Assembly: GCA_039028615.1 (NCBI GenBank)
Contig: JBCCHT010000004.1
Location: 256,001-320,000 of the forward strand
Source of the DNA: Myxococcota bacterium
GTDB taxonomy: Bacteria; Myxococcota_A; Polyangia; Nannocystales; Nannocystaceae
Length of the DNA: 64,000 bases
Reading direction: 5' to 3'
Shown here: positions 1-11,615 of the stretch, piece by piece
Layout of the letters: every line of letters begins with the position of its first letter
Position numbering within the stretch: the first letter of the stretch is position 1
Notes under the pieces: generated by a model
Seen by the model: the letters and a program-made list of their open reading frames with translations, nothing else
Database searches by the model: none
What the model was told of the DNA's origin: nothing
Translations under genes and position numbers: made by a program

Positions 1-1265
1 TCGCCCGCGACCGGAGTCTGCTGGCGACCGGCGGGAGTCTGCTGGCGCCCCGCGGGAGCCTGCTGACGACCGACGCGAGGGGCCGAGATCAGCGACTCGG
101 CGGGTGCGCTCGCGTTGGCGTTGGAGTTCGAGTTCATGTTGGTGAACAGACCCGTCTGTCGCTGCGGCACGGCAGCGGGACGCGTGTGCAGCTCGGCGTG
201 GCCATTGGGGCCCATGGTCCCGGTGGCGAAGACCTGCTGCGACTGACGACGACGCCCGGAGTGGGTCTTGATCGCCTCTTCGATGATGTCCTCGGCCGGC
301 TCGTGCTGATCGAAGCCAGTGGCGATCACCGTGATGCGCAGCGCCTCGCCCATGTTGTGGTCGATGACCGCGCCGAAGATGATGTTGCAGTCCTCGTGGG
401 CGGCCTCTTGGATGAGAGAGGCGGCCTCCTCGACCTCGTGAAGCTTGAGATCGGGGCCCGAGGTGATGTTGATGAGGATGCCCTTGGCGCCCTCGATGGT
501 GACGTCCTCGAGCAGCGGGCTGTTGATGGCCTGCTGCGCCGCGGCGACCGCTCGCCCCTCTTCGGTGGCGAAGCCCATGCCCATCAGCGCGCGGCCCTGG
601 TCGGCCATGATCGTGCGCACGTCGGCAAAGTCGACGTTGATGATGCCGGGAATGGTGATGAGGTCGGACACGCCCTGCGTGGCGTGCTGGAGCACCTCGT
701 CCGCGAGCTTGAAGGACTCGAGCAGGCTGGTGCTGTTGCTCGTGACGTCGAGCAGTCGATCGTTGGGAATGGTGATCAGGGTGTCGACGGCCTGCTCGAG
801 GATCTCGATGCCCTTGCCAGCCACTCGACCCCGTCGGCGCCCCTCGAAGCGGAAGGGCTTGGTCACGACGCCCACGCACAGCGCTCCGCACTCACGGGCC
901 ACCTGAGCCACGATGGGAGCCGCTCCGGTCCCGGTACCGCCGCCCATGCCCGCGGTCACGAAGACCATGTCTGCGCCCTTGAGGGCCTCGGTGAGCTCCG
1001 AGATGCTCTCGAGCGCCGCCTCGCGGCCTCGGTCCGGGTTCGCGCCCGCTCCCAGGCCGCGGGTCACCGCTCCGCCCAGCTGGATGCGAATCGGCGCGGC
1101 GTTCTTGTCGAGGGCCTGAACGTCGGTGTTGGCGGCCACGAAGTCGACGCCCTCGACGTGGTGTTCGATCATCGTGTTGACCGCGTTGCCGCCGGCTCCA
1201 CCGACGCCAATGACGATGATTTTGGCCTGGTCCGGGAAACAGTCGTCGAGCTCGAAGTGCGCCAT
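1..1265 (-). CDS. ftsZ: Cell division protein FtsZ (3' end runs off the window)
   Basis: Not in the ORF track; translated by hand from ATG at 1265: [32 protein letters not shown]...[10 protein letters not shown]...[10 protein letters not shown]...[11 protein letters not shown]...[10 protein letters not shown]. Tubulin signature and T7 loop are intact; a low-complexity linker follows. Confidence 0.97.
   Translation of the reverse strand, partial: MAHFELDDCFPDQAKIIVIGVGGAGGNAVNTMIEHHVEGVDFVAANTDVQALDKNAAPIRIQLGGAVTRGLGAGANPDRGREAALESISELTEALKGADMVFVTAGMGGGTGTGAAPIVAQVARECGALCVGVVTKPFRFEGRRRGRVAGKGIEILEQAVDTLITIPNDRLLDVTSNSTSLLESFKLADEVLQHATQGVSDLITIPGIINVDFADVRTIMADQGRALMGMGFATEEGRAVAAAQQAINSPLLEDVTIEGAKGILINITSGPDLKLHEVEEAASLIQEAAHEDCNIIFGAVIDHNMGEALRITVIATGFDQHEPAEDIIEEAIKTHSGRRRQSQQVFATGTMGPNGHAELHTRPAAVPQRQTGLFTNMNSNSNANASAPAESLISAPRVGRQQAPAGRQQTPAGRQQTPVAG
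11..72 (-). repeat. Three imperfect 21-bp tandem repeats encoding GRQQ(A/T)P(A/V) in the FtsZ linker
   Basis: ccggagtctgctggcgaccgg / cgggagtctgctggcgccccg / cgggagcctgctgacgaccga. Confidence 0.8.
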
Positions 1266-1429
1266 GATTCCGCTCCTGCCCTGGCTCGAGCGACGGATCT
1301 GCCGTCGCGAGAAAGGGGCGTGGATCGGGCCTATCCGAGCTGATCCGCCGACGCAAAAAATCGGGGATTTGATCAAAGACGCTCGCTCGGGTGGCCGAAA
1401 ATACTGCACACCCGAGCAGCCAGCGACCG

Positions 1430-2401
1430 CTACAGCATCCCCGCGAGGCGCTGCCGGATCAGCGACTCGGCCTCGGTCATGATCCGCCCGATGAGCTCGG
1501 CGCAGGTGGGGATGTCGTTGATGAGCCCCGCCACCATCCCGCACGACCACGCCCCAGAGTCCATCTCTCCCTCCATCATGATCTTCGGGTAGACGCCCGC
1601 GACCTCCTCGATGATGTCGTTGATCCCCAGCTTGGGACCGAGCGTGCGCTCCTTGTCGAGCAGCCGCTCCACCGCCTTGTTGTTGAGCACCCGCTCCGTG
1701 TTGCGCAAAGGTCGCATGATGAGCCGGGTATCCAGCTCCGACGCGGCCACGATGGCCTGCTTCACGTTGTCGTGAACCGGCGCCTCCTGGGTCGCGATGA
1801 AGCGCGTGCCCATGTTCATCCCGTCGGCGCCCATGGAAAGCGCCGCCACCAGCGAGCGCGCGTCCGCCATGCCGCCGGAGGCCACGAAGGGAATCTCGAG
1901 CTCGTCTGCCGCCCGGGGCAGCAGGATCATATTGGGGATGTCGTCCTCGCCCGGGTGCCCGCCGCACTCGAAGCCGTCGACCGAGACCGCGTCACAGCCG
2001 ATCTTCTGGGCCTTGAGCGCGTGGCGAACCGACGTGCACTTGTGGATGACCTTGACCCCCGCCTCCTTGAGCTTGGGCAGGTAGGGCTGAGGGTTGCGCC
2101 CCGCCGTCTCCACGATGCGAATGCCCCCGTCGATGATCGCGTCCACGTAGCCGGGGTAGTCGGGCGAGCTGAGCGTGGGCAAAAACGTCAGGTTCACGCC
2201 GAAGGGGCGTGAGGTCATCTCGCGACACTTGACGATCTCCTCGGACAGCGCCTGCGGGCTCTTTTGCGTCAGCCCGGTGATGAGCCCCAGGCCGCCCGCG
2301 TTGGAGACCGCCGCCGCCAGCTCGGCGAAGCCCACGTAGTGCATGCCGCCTTGGATGATGGGGTGCTCGATGCCAAACAGTTCGGTGATTCGCGTCTTCA
2401 T
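1430..2401 (-). CDS. Nitronate monooxygenase / FabK-like flavin oxidoreductase
   Basis: [55 protein letters not shown] motifs. Confidence 0.92.
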   Translation of the reverse strand: MKTRITELFGIEHPIIQGGMHYVGFAELAAAVSNAGGLGLITGLTQKSPQALSEEIVKCREMTSRPFGVNLTFLPTLSSPDYPGYVDAIIDGGIRIVETAGRNPQPYLPKLKEAGVKVIHKCTSVRHALKAQKIGCDAVSVDGFECGGHPGEDDIPNMILLPRAADELEIPFVASGGMADARSLVAALSMGADGMNMGTRFIATQEAPVHDNVKQAIVAASELDTRLIMRPLRNTERVLNNKAVERLLDKERTLGPKLGINDIIEEVAGVYPKIMMEGEMDSGAWSCGMVAGLINDIPTCAELIGRIMTEAESLIRQRLAGML

Positions 2402-2523
2402 GGACCGGGGGTGATGATGCCTGCAATTGGCAGGCGGCGCTTCACTCGAACACGGCCTCTCAGGGCCTCGGCCCGGGGATCCATTGGCCGAATTCCGCCG
2501 CCAGCGCTAAGGCCAGGGGCACC

Positions 2524-4053
2524 GTGGCCGAACGCGCCTTCCTCGTCCTGGGAGACCAGCTCTTTGCGCCGTCGCTGCTTCCCGTGCCCTCGGGCACCCG
2601 GGTGTTCATGCGCGAGGACGTGGGCTTGTGCACGGATGTCGCTCACCACCAGCAGAAGATCGCGCTGTTTCTGGCCGCCATGCGCTCCCACCGAGATGTG
2701 CTGCGCGAGCGTGGCTTTGCGGTCGAGTACCAGGCCCTCGAGGAGCCCCGGGCCGAGGAGCCCTACGAAGAGGCCCTCGGTCGATTCGTCCGCGACCACC
2801 GCGTCGAGCGACTGGAGACCTTCGAGATCGGTGACCGAGGGTTCGAGGCGCGCATGCTCGCATTCGCCACCAGTCATGGCGTGACTTTGGTGCAGCACCC
2901 GAGCCCGATGTTCATTACGCCGACCGCAGCGCTCGACGCATGGATGGCCGAGCAGCGGCCCCATATGGCGGCGTTCTATCGGTGGCAGCGGCGACGCCTG
3001 GGCGTGTTGCTCGAGCCCGATGGCACGCCACGTGGGGGGCAGTGGTCCTTCGACGCCGACAACCGCAAGCCGCTGCCGCGAGGCGTCGAGCTACCCGGGC
3101 TGCAGCCGGCCCGACCCACGGCTCACGTGGAGGCCGTGGTCCCGCTCGTGGCCGAGCGCTTCGGCGAGCACCCCGGAGAGCTGTCGGTGGAAGGCTGGTG
3201 GCTGCCGACGACGCGCCCGCAGGCCCTGCGATGGCTACGGAACTTCCTCGCGCGGCGCTTCACCGACTTCGGTCCCTACGAGGACGCGCTCAGCCAGCGA
3301 GATCCACACCTGTTTCATGCCGTGCTCACCCCCGCACTGAACATGGGCCTGCTGACCCCGGCCGAGGTGCTCGGCCGAGCTCTCACCCACGCAGCCGAGC
3401 ACGAGACGCCGCTGCAATCGGTGGAGGGATTCGTGCGGCAGCTGGTGGGCTGGCGGGAGTTCATTCGCGGCATCGATCGTCACTACGGCCCCCAACAACA
3501 CACCCGCAATTTCTTCGGTCACCGACGCGGGCTCACCCGGCACTGGACCGAAGGCACCACCGGGCTACCGCCCCTGGACGCGGCGATCGCCAAGACCCAT
3601 CGATGGGGCTGGGCGCACCACATCGAGCGGCTGATGGTCACCAGCAACCTGATGACCCTATGCGAGATCGAGCCGCGCCAGGCCTACGGTTGGTTCATGG
3701 AGCGCTTCGTCGACTCCGCCCATTGGGTGATGGGGCCCAACGTGTACGGCATGGGCCTATTCGCGGATGGAGGCGTCTTCGCCACGAAGCCCTATATCTG
3801 CGGTAGCAACTACGTGCGCAAGATGAGCGACTTTTCCAAGGGCCCCTGGTGTGACGTGATGGACGGCCTGTACTGGCGCTTCATCGCGCGCAACCGGGAG
3901 TTCTTTCGTCGCCAAGCGCGACTGTCTCGGGTCGTCGGCAACCTCGACCGCATGTCGGTGTCGAGAAAAGAGACCATCTTTGCCGCCGCCGAGACCTTCA
4001 TCGAACGTACGACCCTGGCCCCGCCAGGCCCGCAACGGAAGCCAACGACATGA
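2524..4053 (+). CDS. Bacterial (6-4) photolyase / cryptochrome (PhrB-like clade, apparently Fe-S-free)
   Basis: LVLGDQL, HHQQKI, GGQWSFDADNRK, FGPYEDA, VEGFVRQLVGWREF, HHIERLMV, FVDSAHWVMGPNVYGMG, TKPY motifs. Confidence 0.9.
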   Translation: MAERAFLVLGDQLFAPSLLPVPSGTRVFMREDVGLCTDVAHHQQKIALFLAAMRSHRDVLRERGFAVEYQALEEPRAEEPYEEALGRFVRDHRVERLETFEIGDRGFEARMLAFATSHGVTLVQHPSPMFITPTAALDAWMAEQRPHMAAFYRWQRRRLGVLLEPDGTPRGGQWSFDADNRKPLPRGVELPGLQPARPTAHVEAVVPLVAERFGEHPGELSVEGWWLPTTRPQALRWLRNFLARRFTDFGPYEDALSQRDPHLFHAVLTPALNMGLLTPAEVLGRALTHAAEHETPLQSVEGFVRQLVGWREFIRGIDRHYGPQQHTRNFFGHRRGLTRHWTEGTTGLPPLDAAIAKTHRWGWAHHIERLMVTSNLMTLCEIEPRQAYGWFMERFVDSAHWVMGPNVYGMGLFADGGVFATKPYICGSNYVRKMSDFSKGPWCDVMDGLYWRFIARNREFFRRQARLSRVVGNLDRMSVSRKETIFAAAETFIERTTLAPPGPQRKPTT

Positions 4054-5042
4054 GCGAATCTCGAGTTGCAATCATTGGAGCGGGCATCTGCGGCCTGAGC
4101 TGTGCGCAGTGGCTGCAGCGCCGAGGGGTCTCGGTGCGCCTGTTCGACAAGGCCCGCAAAGCGGGCGGGCGCATGTCGACTCGCCGTGGCCCGGAGGTCA
4201 CCTTCGATCACGGAGCCCAGTACTTCACGGTGCGCAGCGACGCGCTCGGCGAGGTCGTGCAGACGTGGGCCGACGCGGGCGTGGCGAAGCCGTGGACAGG
4301 CCGCATTGCGGTGGCGCGGCACGGGTCGGTGACGGCGAAGGGCGACGGCGTCACTCGCTGGGTCGGTACCCCCACGATGTCGGCCATCCCCCGGCATCTC
4401 GCCGCGGGCCTCGACGTCGCGGCGCAGACCCGCGTAGGGGCGGTGGAGCGAGACCATGACGGGTGGCGACTCATCGATACCGACGGGGTGACCCTCGGTA
4501 CCGCGTCCACCGTGCTGCTCACGACCCCCGCGGGGCAAGCGGTCGACTTGCTGGCCGCCGCACCACAGCTGGCCGAGCGTGTCGCGGCGGTGGAGATGGA
4601 GCCCTGCTGGGCGGTGATGGTGAGCCTGGAGCGACCGTGGGAGATTCCGGCGGACGGCGTGTTCGTGGACGACAGCCCCGTCGCCTGGGCGGCGCGCGAC
4701 GGCAGCAAACCGGGCCGAGGCGCGCGCGAGACCTGGGTGCTGCATGCGACCCCCGCCTGGACCCGAGCGCACTGGGACGACGACGCCGCGACGGTGGTGC
4801 AGACACTGACCGCCGCGCTGGCCGAGGCCTCGGGTGTGGAGCGGCCCTCGCTCGCCCACGCCGACACCCAACGCTGGCGCTACGCCCGGGCCGACGCCCC
4901 ACTGCCCGAGCGAGCGCTGTGGGATCCCGAGCTTCGGATCGGCGTCGCGGGCGATTGGTGCGGCGGACCCCGGGTCGAGGGGGCCTGGCTAGGCGGTCGA
5001 GCCCTCGCCGAGCGGGTGCTGGCCGACGCCCCGAACACGTGA
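4050..5042 (+). CDS. Renalase-like NAD(P)/FAD-dependent oxidoreductase
   Basis: IIGAGICG, GGRMSTRR, FDHGAQYF, RWRYA, GDWCGGPRVEGA; ATGA overlap with the photolyase stop. Confidence 0.9.
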   Translation: MSESRVAIIGAGICGLSCAQWLQRRGVSVRLFDKARKAGGRMSTRRGPEVTFDHGAQYFTVRSDALGEVVQTWADAGVAKPWTGRIAVARHGSVTAKGDGVTRWVGTPTMSAIPRHLAAGLDVAAQTRVGAVERDHDGWRLIDTDGVTLGTASTVLLTTPAGQAVDLLAAAPQLAERVAAVEMEPCWAVMVSLERPWEIPADGVFVDDSPVAWAARDGSKPGRGARETWVLHATPAWTRAHWDDDAATVVQTLTAALAEASGVERPSLAHADTQRWRYARADAPLPERALWDPELRIGVAGDWCGGPRVEGAWLGGRALAERVLADAPNT

Positions 5043-5057
5043 AGGGCCGCCGATGGT

Positions 5058-6656
5058 TCAACCCCGGCGGCGGGTGATCTCCGCGGCCTCCCCCACCAAG
5101 TCGACGAACTCCCGGCGAACCTCTCGCGGGTCGCGGCCCAGGGCGCCCTTGGCCAGCGTGCGGACCTTCCGATAGCTGACGTCGCCCTTGTGCTCGCTGT
5201 CGCGGAGCAGCATGCCGAAGCCGGCGACGGCGGCCGAGAAGCGAAAGTCGTCGCTGGTGTCGGCGAGCGGCAGGGTGGGCAAGTCGACCGCCTGCTCCAC
5301 GAGCTGGCTGTTGGCCTCCCCCGGGTTCTTGTAGCGAATCTTGACGAACATCGTCTCGCTCGACGCCGTGGCCGCAGCGGTGGTGGTGCTGTCGGTCTGG
5401 TAGCGCGAGGGATCGACGCTCCCCTCGAACTCCCCTGCCCCAGCCGGCACGACCTCGTACAGCGCGGTCACGGAGTGCCCCGCCCCGATCTCGCCCGCAT
5501 CCTTGCGATCGTCGTTGAAGTCCTGAGCATCGAGCGCTCGGTTCTCGTACCCGACCAGGCGATAGGCCTCGACCTTGGCCGGGTTGAACTCCACCTGGAG
5601 CTTCACGTCGGCGGCGATGGGCACCAGGGTGGCATTGACCTGCTCCACGAGCACGCGCCGTGCCTCCTTCTCGCTGTCGATATAGGCATAGTGGCCGTTG
5701 CCGTGGTCGGCGACCTGCTCCATCAATGCGTCGTTCAGGTTACCGCTGCCGTAGCCGAGGATGGAGAGGAAGACCCCGGACTCCCGGTACTCTTCGATCA
5801 AGTCCACCAGCTCGCCCTGGCTCGAGGGGCCGACGTTCAGGTCGCCGTCGCTGGCCATGATCACGCGGTTGATGGCGCCGTCTTCGAAGTTGCGTCGGGC
5901 GACCTGGTAGGCCAACGCGAGCCCGGCCGCGCCCGCGGTGGAGCCCCCCGCATCGAGGCGCCGCAACGCTTTCTTGATCTGTCGCTTGTCGTTGGTGGGC
6001 GGCAGCACCAAGCCGCTGGCCCCCGCGTAGACGACGATGGCCACGCTGTCCTGTGGGCGCAGCTGGTCGGCGAGCATCGACAAGCTCTTCTTGAGCAGCC
6101 CGAGCTTGTCCTCCGAGTCCATCGAGCCCGAGACGTCGATGAGGAACACCAGGTTGCGCGAGGGCACCTCGTCCAGCTCGACGTGCTTGCCCTGGATGCC
6201 CACGTGAACGAGCTGATGCGCCTCGTTCCACGGGCAGGTGCCGATCTCCGCGGTGACCGAGAACGGGTGTGGTCCGGCCGGCTCCGCGTAGTCGTACTCG
6301 AAGTAGTTGATCATCTCCTCGATCCGCACCGCGTCCGCGGGTGGCAGCTGCCGTCGGCTCAGGAAGCGCCGCGCGTTGCTATACGACGCCGTGTCCACGT
6401 CCACGCTGAAGGTCGAGAGCGGGAAGTCGGCGGCGACGAAGAAATCGCTCTCCTCGATATGGTTGTAGTCCTCGCGGTCCGTGGGAAACGGCTCCATGCG
6501 CCGGGGCGCGAAGCCGTCGGCCGACATCATCTCGACCGAGGACCCGCTCACCTTGTAGGCGTTGGCTCCCGCCGAGTAGCACCCTGCCCCTAGCCCCACG
6601 ACGAGGGTGCATAGAGCAAACGGGCGGGCGAGAGGCGGGGGGACGAGGCGTGCCAT
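5058..6656 (-). CDS. YfbK-like VWA-domain lipoprotein (vWF_A + VWA + DUF3520-like)
   Basis: PLSTFSVDVDTASY, RIEEMINYF, MIDAS DVSGSM, GYENRAL, DFNDDRKDAGEIGAGH; lipobox-like GAGC. Start could be 6677. Confidence 0.9.
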   Translation of the reverse strand: MARLVPPPLARPFALCTLVVGLGAGCYSAGANAYKVSGSSVEMMSADGFAPRRMEPFPTDREDYNHIEESDFFVAADFPLSTFSVDVDTASYSNARRFLSRRQLPPADAVRIEEMINYFEYDYAEPAGPHPFSVTAEIGTCPWNEAHQLVHVGIQGKHVELDEVPSRNLVFLIDVSGSMDSEDKLGLLKKSLSMLADQLRPQDSVAIVVYAGASGLVLPPTNDKRQIKKALRRLDAGGSTAGAAGLALAYQVARRNFEDGAINRVIMASDGDLNVGPSSQGELVDLIEEYRESGVFLSILGYGSGNLNDALMEQVADHGNGHYAYIDSEKEARRVLVEQVNATLVPIAADVKLQVEFNPAKVEAYRLVGYENRALDAQDFNDDRKDAGEIGAGHSVTALYEVVPAGAGEFEGSVDPSRYQTDSTTTAAATASSETMFVKIRYKNPGEANSQLVEQAVDLPTLPLADTSDDFRFSAAVAGFGMLLRDSEHKGDVSYRKVRTLAKGALGRDPREVRREFVDLVGEAAEITRRRG

Positions 6657-6746
6657 CGGTGACTCCGAACGCACCAACCTACCGCGTCATTACGCTTCGG
6701 TTCGGCGAATCGGGAACACAAATCGGGACCGAACCGTGGAAGGACG

Positions 6747-7570
6747 TCACTCGTTGCGGGTCGATCCAATGGCCGCCCGCATGGCGTCCACGACCTCGCG
6801 CGGCAGCGTCATCGCCAACCACTCTTCGAGCGCACGCACGCCCTGCCACAGCAGCATGGGCAGGCCGTCTTGGTGGGGTAGCCCCGCCTCCGCGGCCGCA
6901 TCGAGCAGCCCTCCGCTCGGTCGCGGATAGACGAGGTCGGCCACCCGGGCCCCCGACTCCAGTTTCGACAGCGGCAGCGCAGCGGGGAAATCGGTGGGGC
7001 CGCCCTTCATGCCCACCGTGGTCGCATTGACCAGCAGGTCGGCCCCGCGCAGCGCCTCGTCGATCGCGTCCCAGCCGACGCCACGATGAGGGCCGGCCGG
7101 CAACGCCTCGGGACGACGGGTCACCCAGCACAGGTCCGCTCCGGCCCGATGCAGCAGCGCATCGACGACGGCCCGCGACGCACCACCCGAGCCGAGCACG
7201 ACGGCACGACGCGGGGTTCCCCCCGGCAGCTCCTCGAGGCCGGCCAAGAACCCCCGGCCGTCGGTGTTGTGGCCGATCATGCGATCGCCATCGAAGCCCA
7301 CGGTGTTGACCGCCCCGATGCGCTCCGCCTCCGGGCTCAATTCGTCCATGAGGGGCACCGCGGCCTGCTTGTGCGGCACGGTGAGGTTGAGGCCGCCGAG
7401 CCCCAGCGCCCGTGCCCCGGCCAGTGCCGCAGGCAGACCTTCGGGTCGCACGTGAAACGCGAAGTAGCGGTGCGGCAGCCCGAGGACGTCGAACGCCGCA
7501 CAGTGCATGGCCGGGGAGCGCGAGTGCCCCACCGGATCGCCCAGCACCCCGAACGCACGCGCCGAGTTGG

Positions 7571-7574
<4 letters not shown>
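6747..7574 (-). CDS. aroE: Shikimate dehydrogenase
   Basis: HSRSPAMH, NLTVPHK, IGAVNT, NTDG, LGSGGA, NATTVGM, DGLPMLLWQG. Confidence 0.95.
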
Positions 7575-8347
<773 letters not shown>

Positions 8348-8375
8348 GGCGCTGGAGTGGAGGCTAGCAGCTTCG

Positions 8376-9752
8376 TCACTCCTCGGACTCGGCCGTGGTC
8401 ACCCGCGCCCGTAGCCGGCCCTTGTGGAGCCGCAGTCCGATCTCGTCGCCTTCGCTCAGCCGCGATGCATCGGTGATCGCTTGCCCGTGCTCGTCGGTCG
8501 CGACCGCATAGCCCCGCTCGAGGACACCGAGCGGCGACAAGGCCTGCAGCGCGCCCGCGGCCCGAGCCAGCCGTAGCCGAGCCCCGCGAGGCGCTCGCTG
8601 ACCGGCGGCGACGAGTCGATGGTCGAGCTTCACCAAGCGCCGCCTCGCGCGGGGCACCAGCTCGAGCGCGGCTTGTCGCAGCCGAGCTTCGAGGGCATCG
8701 AGCCGACGGCGATCTCGCTCGACCCGACGCTGCGGATGATGAGCCTCGAGCCGACGTCGCAGCGCCTCGAGCCGCTCGCGCGGGCGTACCGAAAAGCGAT
8801 GACCCAAGCGAAGCAGGCGAGCCCGCGCCCCCTCGAGCCGCGCCCGCTCGTCCAGCGTGCTGCGCTCGAGCGCACGGGCCAGGCGACGGCCGAGCCCGTC
8901 GAGCCGCTGCTCCACTGCGTACAGATCGGGCACGACGAGCTCGGCCGCGTGCGAGGGCGTCGCCGCCCGCAGATCCGCCACCAGATCGGTGATGGAGATG
9001 TCGACCTCATGCCCCACTGCCGACACGACCGGCACGGGGCAAGCCGCGACGGCGCGCGCGAGGTTCTCGTCGTTGAAGCCCCACAAGTCCTCGAGCGAGC
9101 CACCACCGCGACCGATGATCACCACCGACACGCCGGGCTGGCGCTGCACCCGTTGCAGCGCGCGAATGAGCGAGCGCGGGCTCTCGGGCCCCTGCACCAC
9201 GGCGGGCGAGATGAGGATCCGGCTCGGGCAGCGGCGGCGCGCGACCTCGATGATGTCGTGCACGGCCGCGCCCTGGGCCGAGGTGACCACGCCGATCACC
9301 CCGGGCCAGCGCGGCAGCGGACGCTTGCGTTGCTCGTCGAACAAGCCCTCGGCCGCGAGCCGCCCCTTGCGGCGCTCGAGCTCTTGCATGAGCGCCCCGA
9401 GCCCGGCCGGCTCGGCTTGCTCGGCGTACATCTGAAAGCGCCCCTGCTTGGCAAAGATGCCCAGCCGCCCCTGCACGCGTACCCGCTGGCCGTTGTCGAG
9501 CCGGAAGCGCAATCGCTCGACGCTCGACCGCCACATCGCGACGGGCAGCGACGCGCCCGCGTCCTTGAGGCTGAAGAAGGCGTGACCGCTGGCGGCGATC
9601 TTGAGGTTGATGAGCTCGCCCTCCACCCACAGCATGGAGAAGCGCTCCTCGAGCGCTCGGTTGGCACCGCGCACCACCTGGCTCACCGTCCAGGCATTGG
9701 GCTGGGCTCGCGTGCGCGCGGGCGCACCGAAGGTCAGCTTGGTCTGCGCCAC
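8376..9752 (-). CDS. xseA: Exodeoxyribonuclease VII large subunit
   Basis: VEGELINL, SGHAFFSLKD, GVVTSAQGAA, RGGGSLEDLWGFN, SAVGHEVD, ATPS, LSPLGVLERGY. Confidence 0.96.
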   Translation of the reverse strand: MAQTKLTFGAPARTRAQPNAWTVSQVVRGANRALEERFSMLWVEGELINLKIAASGHAFFSLKDAGASLPVAMWRSSVERLRFRLDNGQRVRVQGRLGIFAKQGRFQMYAEQAEPAGLGALMQELERRKGRLAAEGLFDEQRKRPLPRWPGVIGVVTSAQGAAVHDIIEVARRRCPSRILISPAVVQGPESPRSLIRALQRVQRQPGVSVVIIGRGGGSLEDLWGFNDENLARAVAACPVPVVSAVGHEVDISITDLVADLRAATPSHAAELVVPDLYAVEQRLDGLGRRLARALERSTLDERARLEGARARLLRLGHRFSVRPRERLEALRRRLEAHHPQRRVERDRRRLDALEARLRQAALELVPRARRRLVKLDHRLVAAGQRAPRGARLRLARAAGALQALSPLGVLERGYAVATDEHGQAITDASRLSEGDEIGLRLHKGRLRARVTTAESEE

Positions 9753-9847
9753 GGCTCGGGCACGCTAGCAGGCTTGGATCGGACGCCGAAGCGGGCCCAC
9801 CCCGCGACCCAAGCCCCTAGATTTACTGAGCAAAATTCACCCCACGC

Positions 9848-11542
9848 TCAGCCGGCCGGAGTACACACTCCACCGTCCGCCTGGATCTGGGCCTGCGTTC
9901 GGAACGTGTTGAGGCTCGACCAGTGCGGAGGCTGAACGGTTGGGATCGTTCCGTCTTCTCGAACATTGGTGACGAAGTACGCGTGCTGGTTCCAGATCCG
10001 CCGCGCGGCCGTCCACCCCGAGTCGGCGTCGCCGATGACCTGTACCGCGGGGGCCGTGCCGCTCGGGTCGGCCGAGACCACGATGATCTCCGCGGACTGA
10101 TCGTTGTCGACGTCGGCGACCACCGGGTAGTCCGTGCCCGTCGGGCTGCTGCGCGGAGCAGTGAGCAGCGCGGTGCCGTCAGCGTCGAAGACGTAGAGCT
10201 GATCGTCGTCGCCGAACATCGCTTCGGCGCTGCCGTCCCCGAGAAAGTCGAAGGCCGTGCCCGAGGCGCAGCACCCTCCCAGGACGGGCAGCGACCAGTC
10301 GGACGCCAACCCCTCCGTCCTCGGGTCGTAGCGCAGCACGCCGAAGTTCGGAGTCACGTACGAGCCGTTGCCGACCACCAGATCGGCCGCACCGTCGCCA
10401 TCGATGTCGTGGACCGCGGCTGGCAGCCCCGACAGCGAGGGCATGGCGTCCTCGAACTTCACCGTGCCGTCGTGCTCGACCACGGTGAGCCCCCGCAGCC
10501 CCGCGTCGTCCCGCGTACTGATGATGACCTCGGGCAAGGAGTCGCCGTCGATGTCCGCGACGTGGGCGAAGTGCAGCTCATCGGGATCGTTGGGCAGCGC
10601 GAAGTAGGTCGACCCGTCGTGGTGGTAGGCGTAGTTGCCGTAGATGATCTCGAGGTCGCCGTCGTCATCGAGATCGGCCGCGACCGGGGTGACCCCCGCT
10701 CCGCTGCCCGGCTCGTTGCTGCCGATCTGGGCGCCCAGATGCGTGGCGACGACCTCGTCGACCATGATCTCCACATCGCCGTCGGCATCGAGGTCGGCCA
10801 GCGTGATGTGCCCCAGCCCTCGAAATCCATCGACTGCGGACCCCCACGCGACGCTCCCGTCGTGTTCGAACGCGATGATCTCTCCCGGCCCCCCGAAGTC
10901 CAGCTCGCGGACGGCCAGGATCTCGACCTGCCCGTCGCCGTCGATGTCCCCCAGCGCCGGGTTGGTGAGAAAGTCGAGGGTGAAGCCGCTCGCCCAGTGC
11001 AAGGCACCCGTGGCCCCGTCGAGCACGTAGAGCCGGGCCTCGCTGGTGCCGGCCGGAGCGGCCAAGACCACCACGTCCGGGATGTCGCACAGGGTGACCT
11101 CGCCGTCGCCATCGTCGTCGGTGAGGTTGGCGACCAGCGGAGTGGTGAGGACCTGGAGGTCGCCCGAATCCCCCGACCACGACCACTCCACGTTCGGCTG
11201 GAAACTCTCGGCCAGAGGCGGCGCATCGCAGCCACCGATGCCCGTGATGTCGTCGTCCGCGACGAAGCACAGCTCGGACGGACCGCCGAGGTCGAGCCCT
11301 CCGCCCACGTCGAGCACGGGCGTGTCGTCGCCCCCCGTCGAATCGCCTCGGGTGCCCTCGGCGGTGGAGTCCGCCACGTCCGTGCTCGAGCCCGGCGTCG
11401 GACCGGAAGTCATCGTGCCGGATGTCGCCTGGCCCGACTCGGCGCCGGCCGACGACGCGGAGTCCTCACCGGGGTCTGGATCGCCGCACCCGACCAGCGC
11501 CGTCACGGCGACGGTCACCTCCAAGAGCCGATGGTTCCGCAT
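9848..11542 (-). CDS. FG-GAP/VCBS repeat lipoprotein
   Basis: Lipobox LVGC, Ser/Thr/Gly linker, repeated DxDxDGxxE/D motifs, RRIWNQHAY near the C-terminus; ATG 11542 lies 7 nt after TACGGT. Confidence 0.85.
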   Translation of the reverse strand: MRNHRLLEVTVAVTALVGCGDPDPGEDSASSAGAESGQATSGTMTSGPTPGSSTDVADSTAEGTRGDSTGGDDTPVLDVGGGLDLGGPSELCFVADDDITGIGGCDAPPLAESFQPNVEWSWSGDSGDLQVLTTPLVANLTDDDGDGEVTLCDIPDVVVLAAPAGTSEARLYVLDGATGALHWASGFTLDFLTNPALGDIDGDGQVEILAVRELDFGGPGEIIAFEHDGSVAWGSAVDGFRGLGHITLADLDADGDVEIMVDEVVATHLGAQIGSNEPGSGAGVTPVAADLDDDGDLEIIYGNYAYHHDGSTYFALPNDPDELHFAHVADIDGDSLPEVIISTRDDAGLRGLTVVEHDGTVKFEDAMPSLSGLPAAVHDIDGDGAADLVVGNGSYVTPNFGVLRYDPRTEGLASDWSLPVLGGCCASGTAFDFLGDGSAEAMFGDDDQLYVFDADGTALLTAPRSSPTGTDYPVVADVDNDQSAEIIVVSADPSGTAPAVQVIGDADSGWTAARRIWNQHAYFVTNVREDGTIPTVQPPHWSSLNTFRTQAQIQADGGVCTPAG

Positions 11543-11615
11543 GACAACCACCGTACCCGTTGGGCGCGGACGTTCGCCGCGGCTTCGCGGTTGCGAACCC
11601 GAGCCCTCGAGCGCT

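Noticed and set aside
186..1343. 385-aa + strand ORF
   Set aside because: Antisense shadow of ftsZ, which the ORF track missed because it has no stop codon inside the window.
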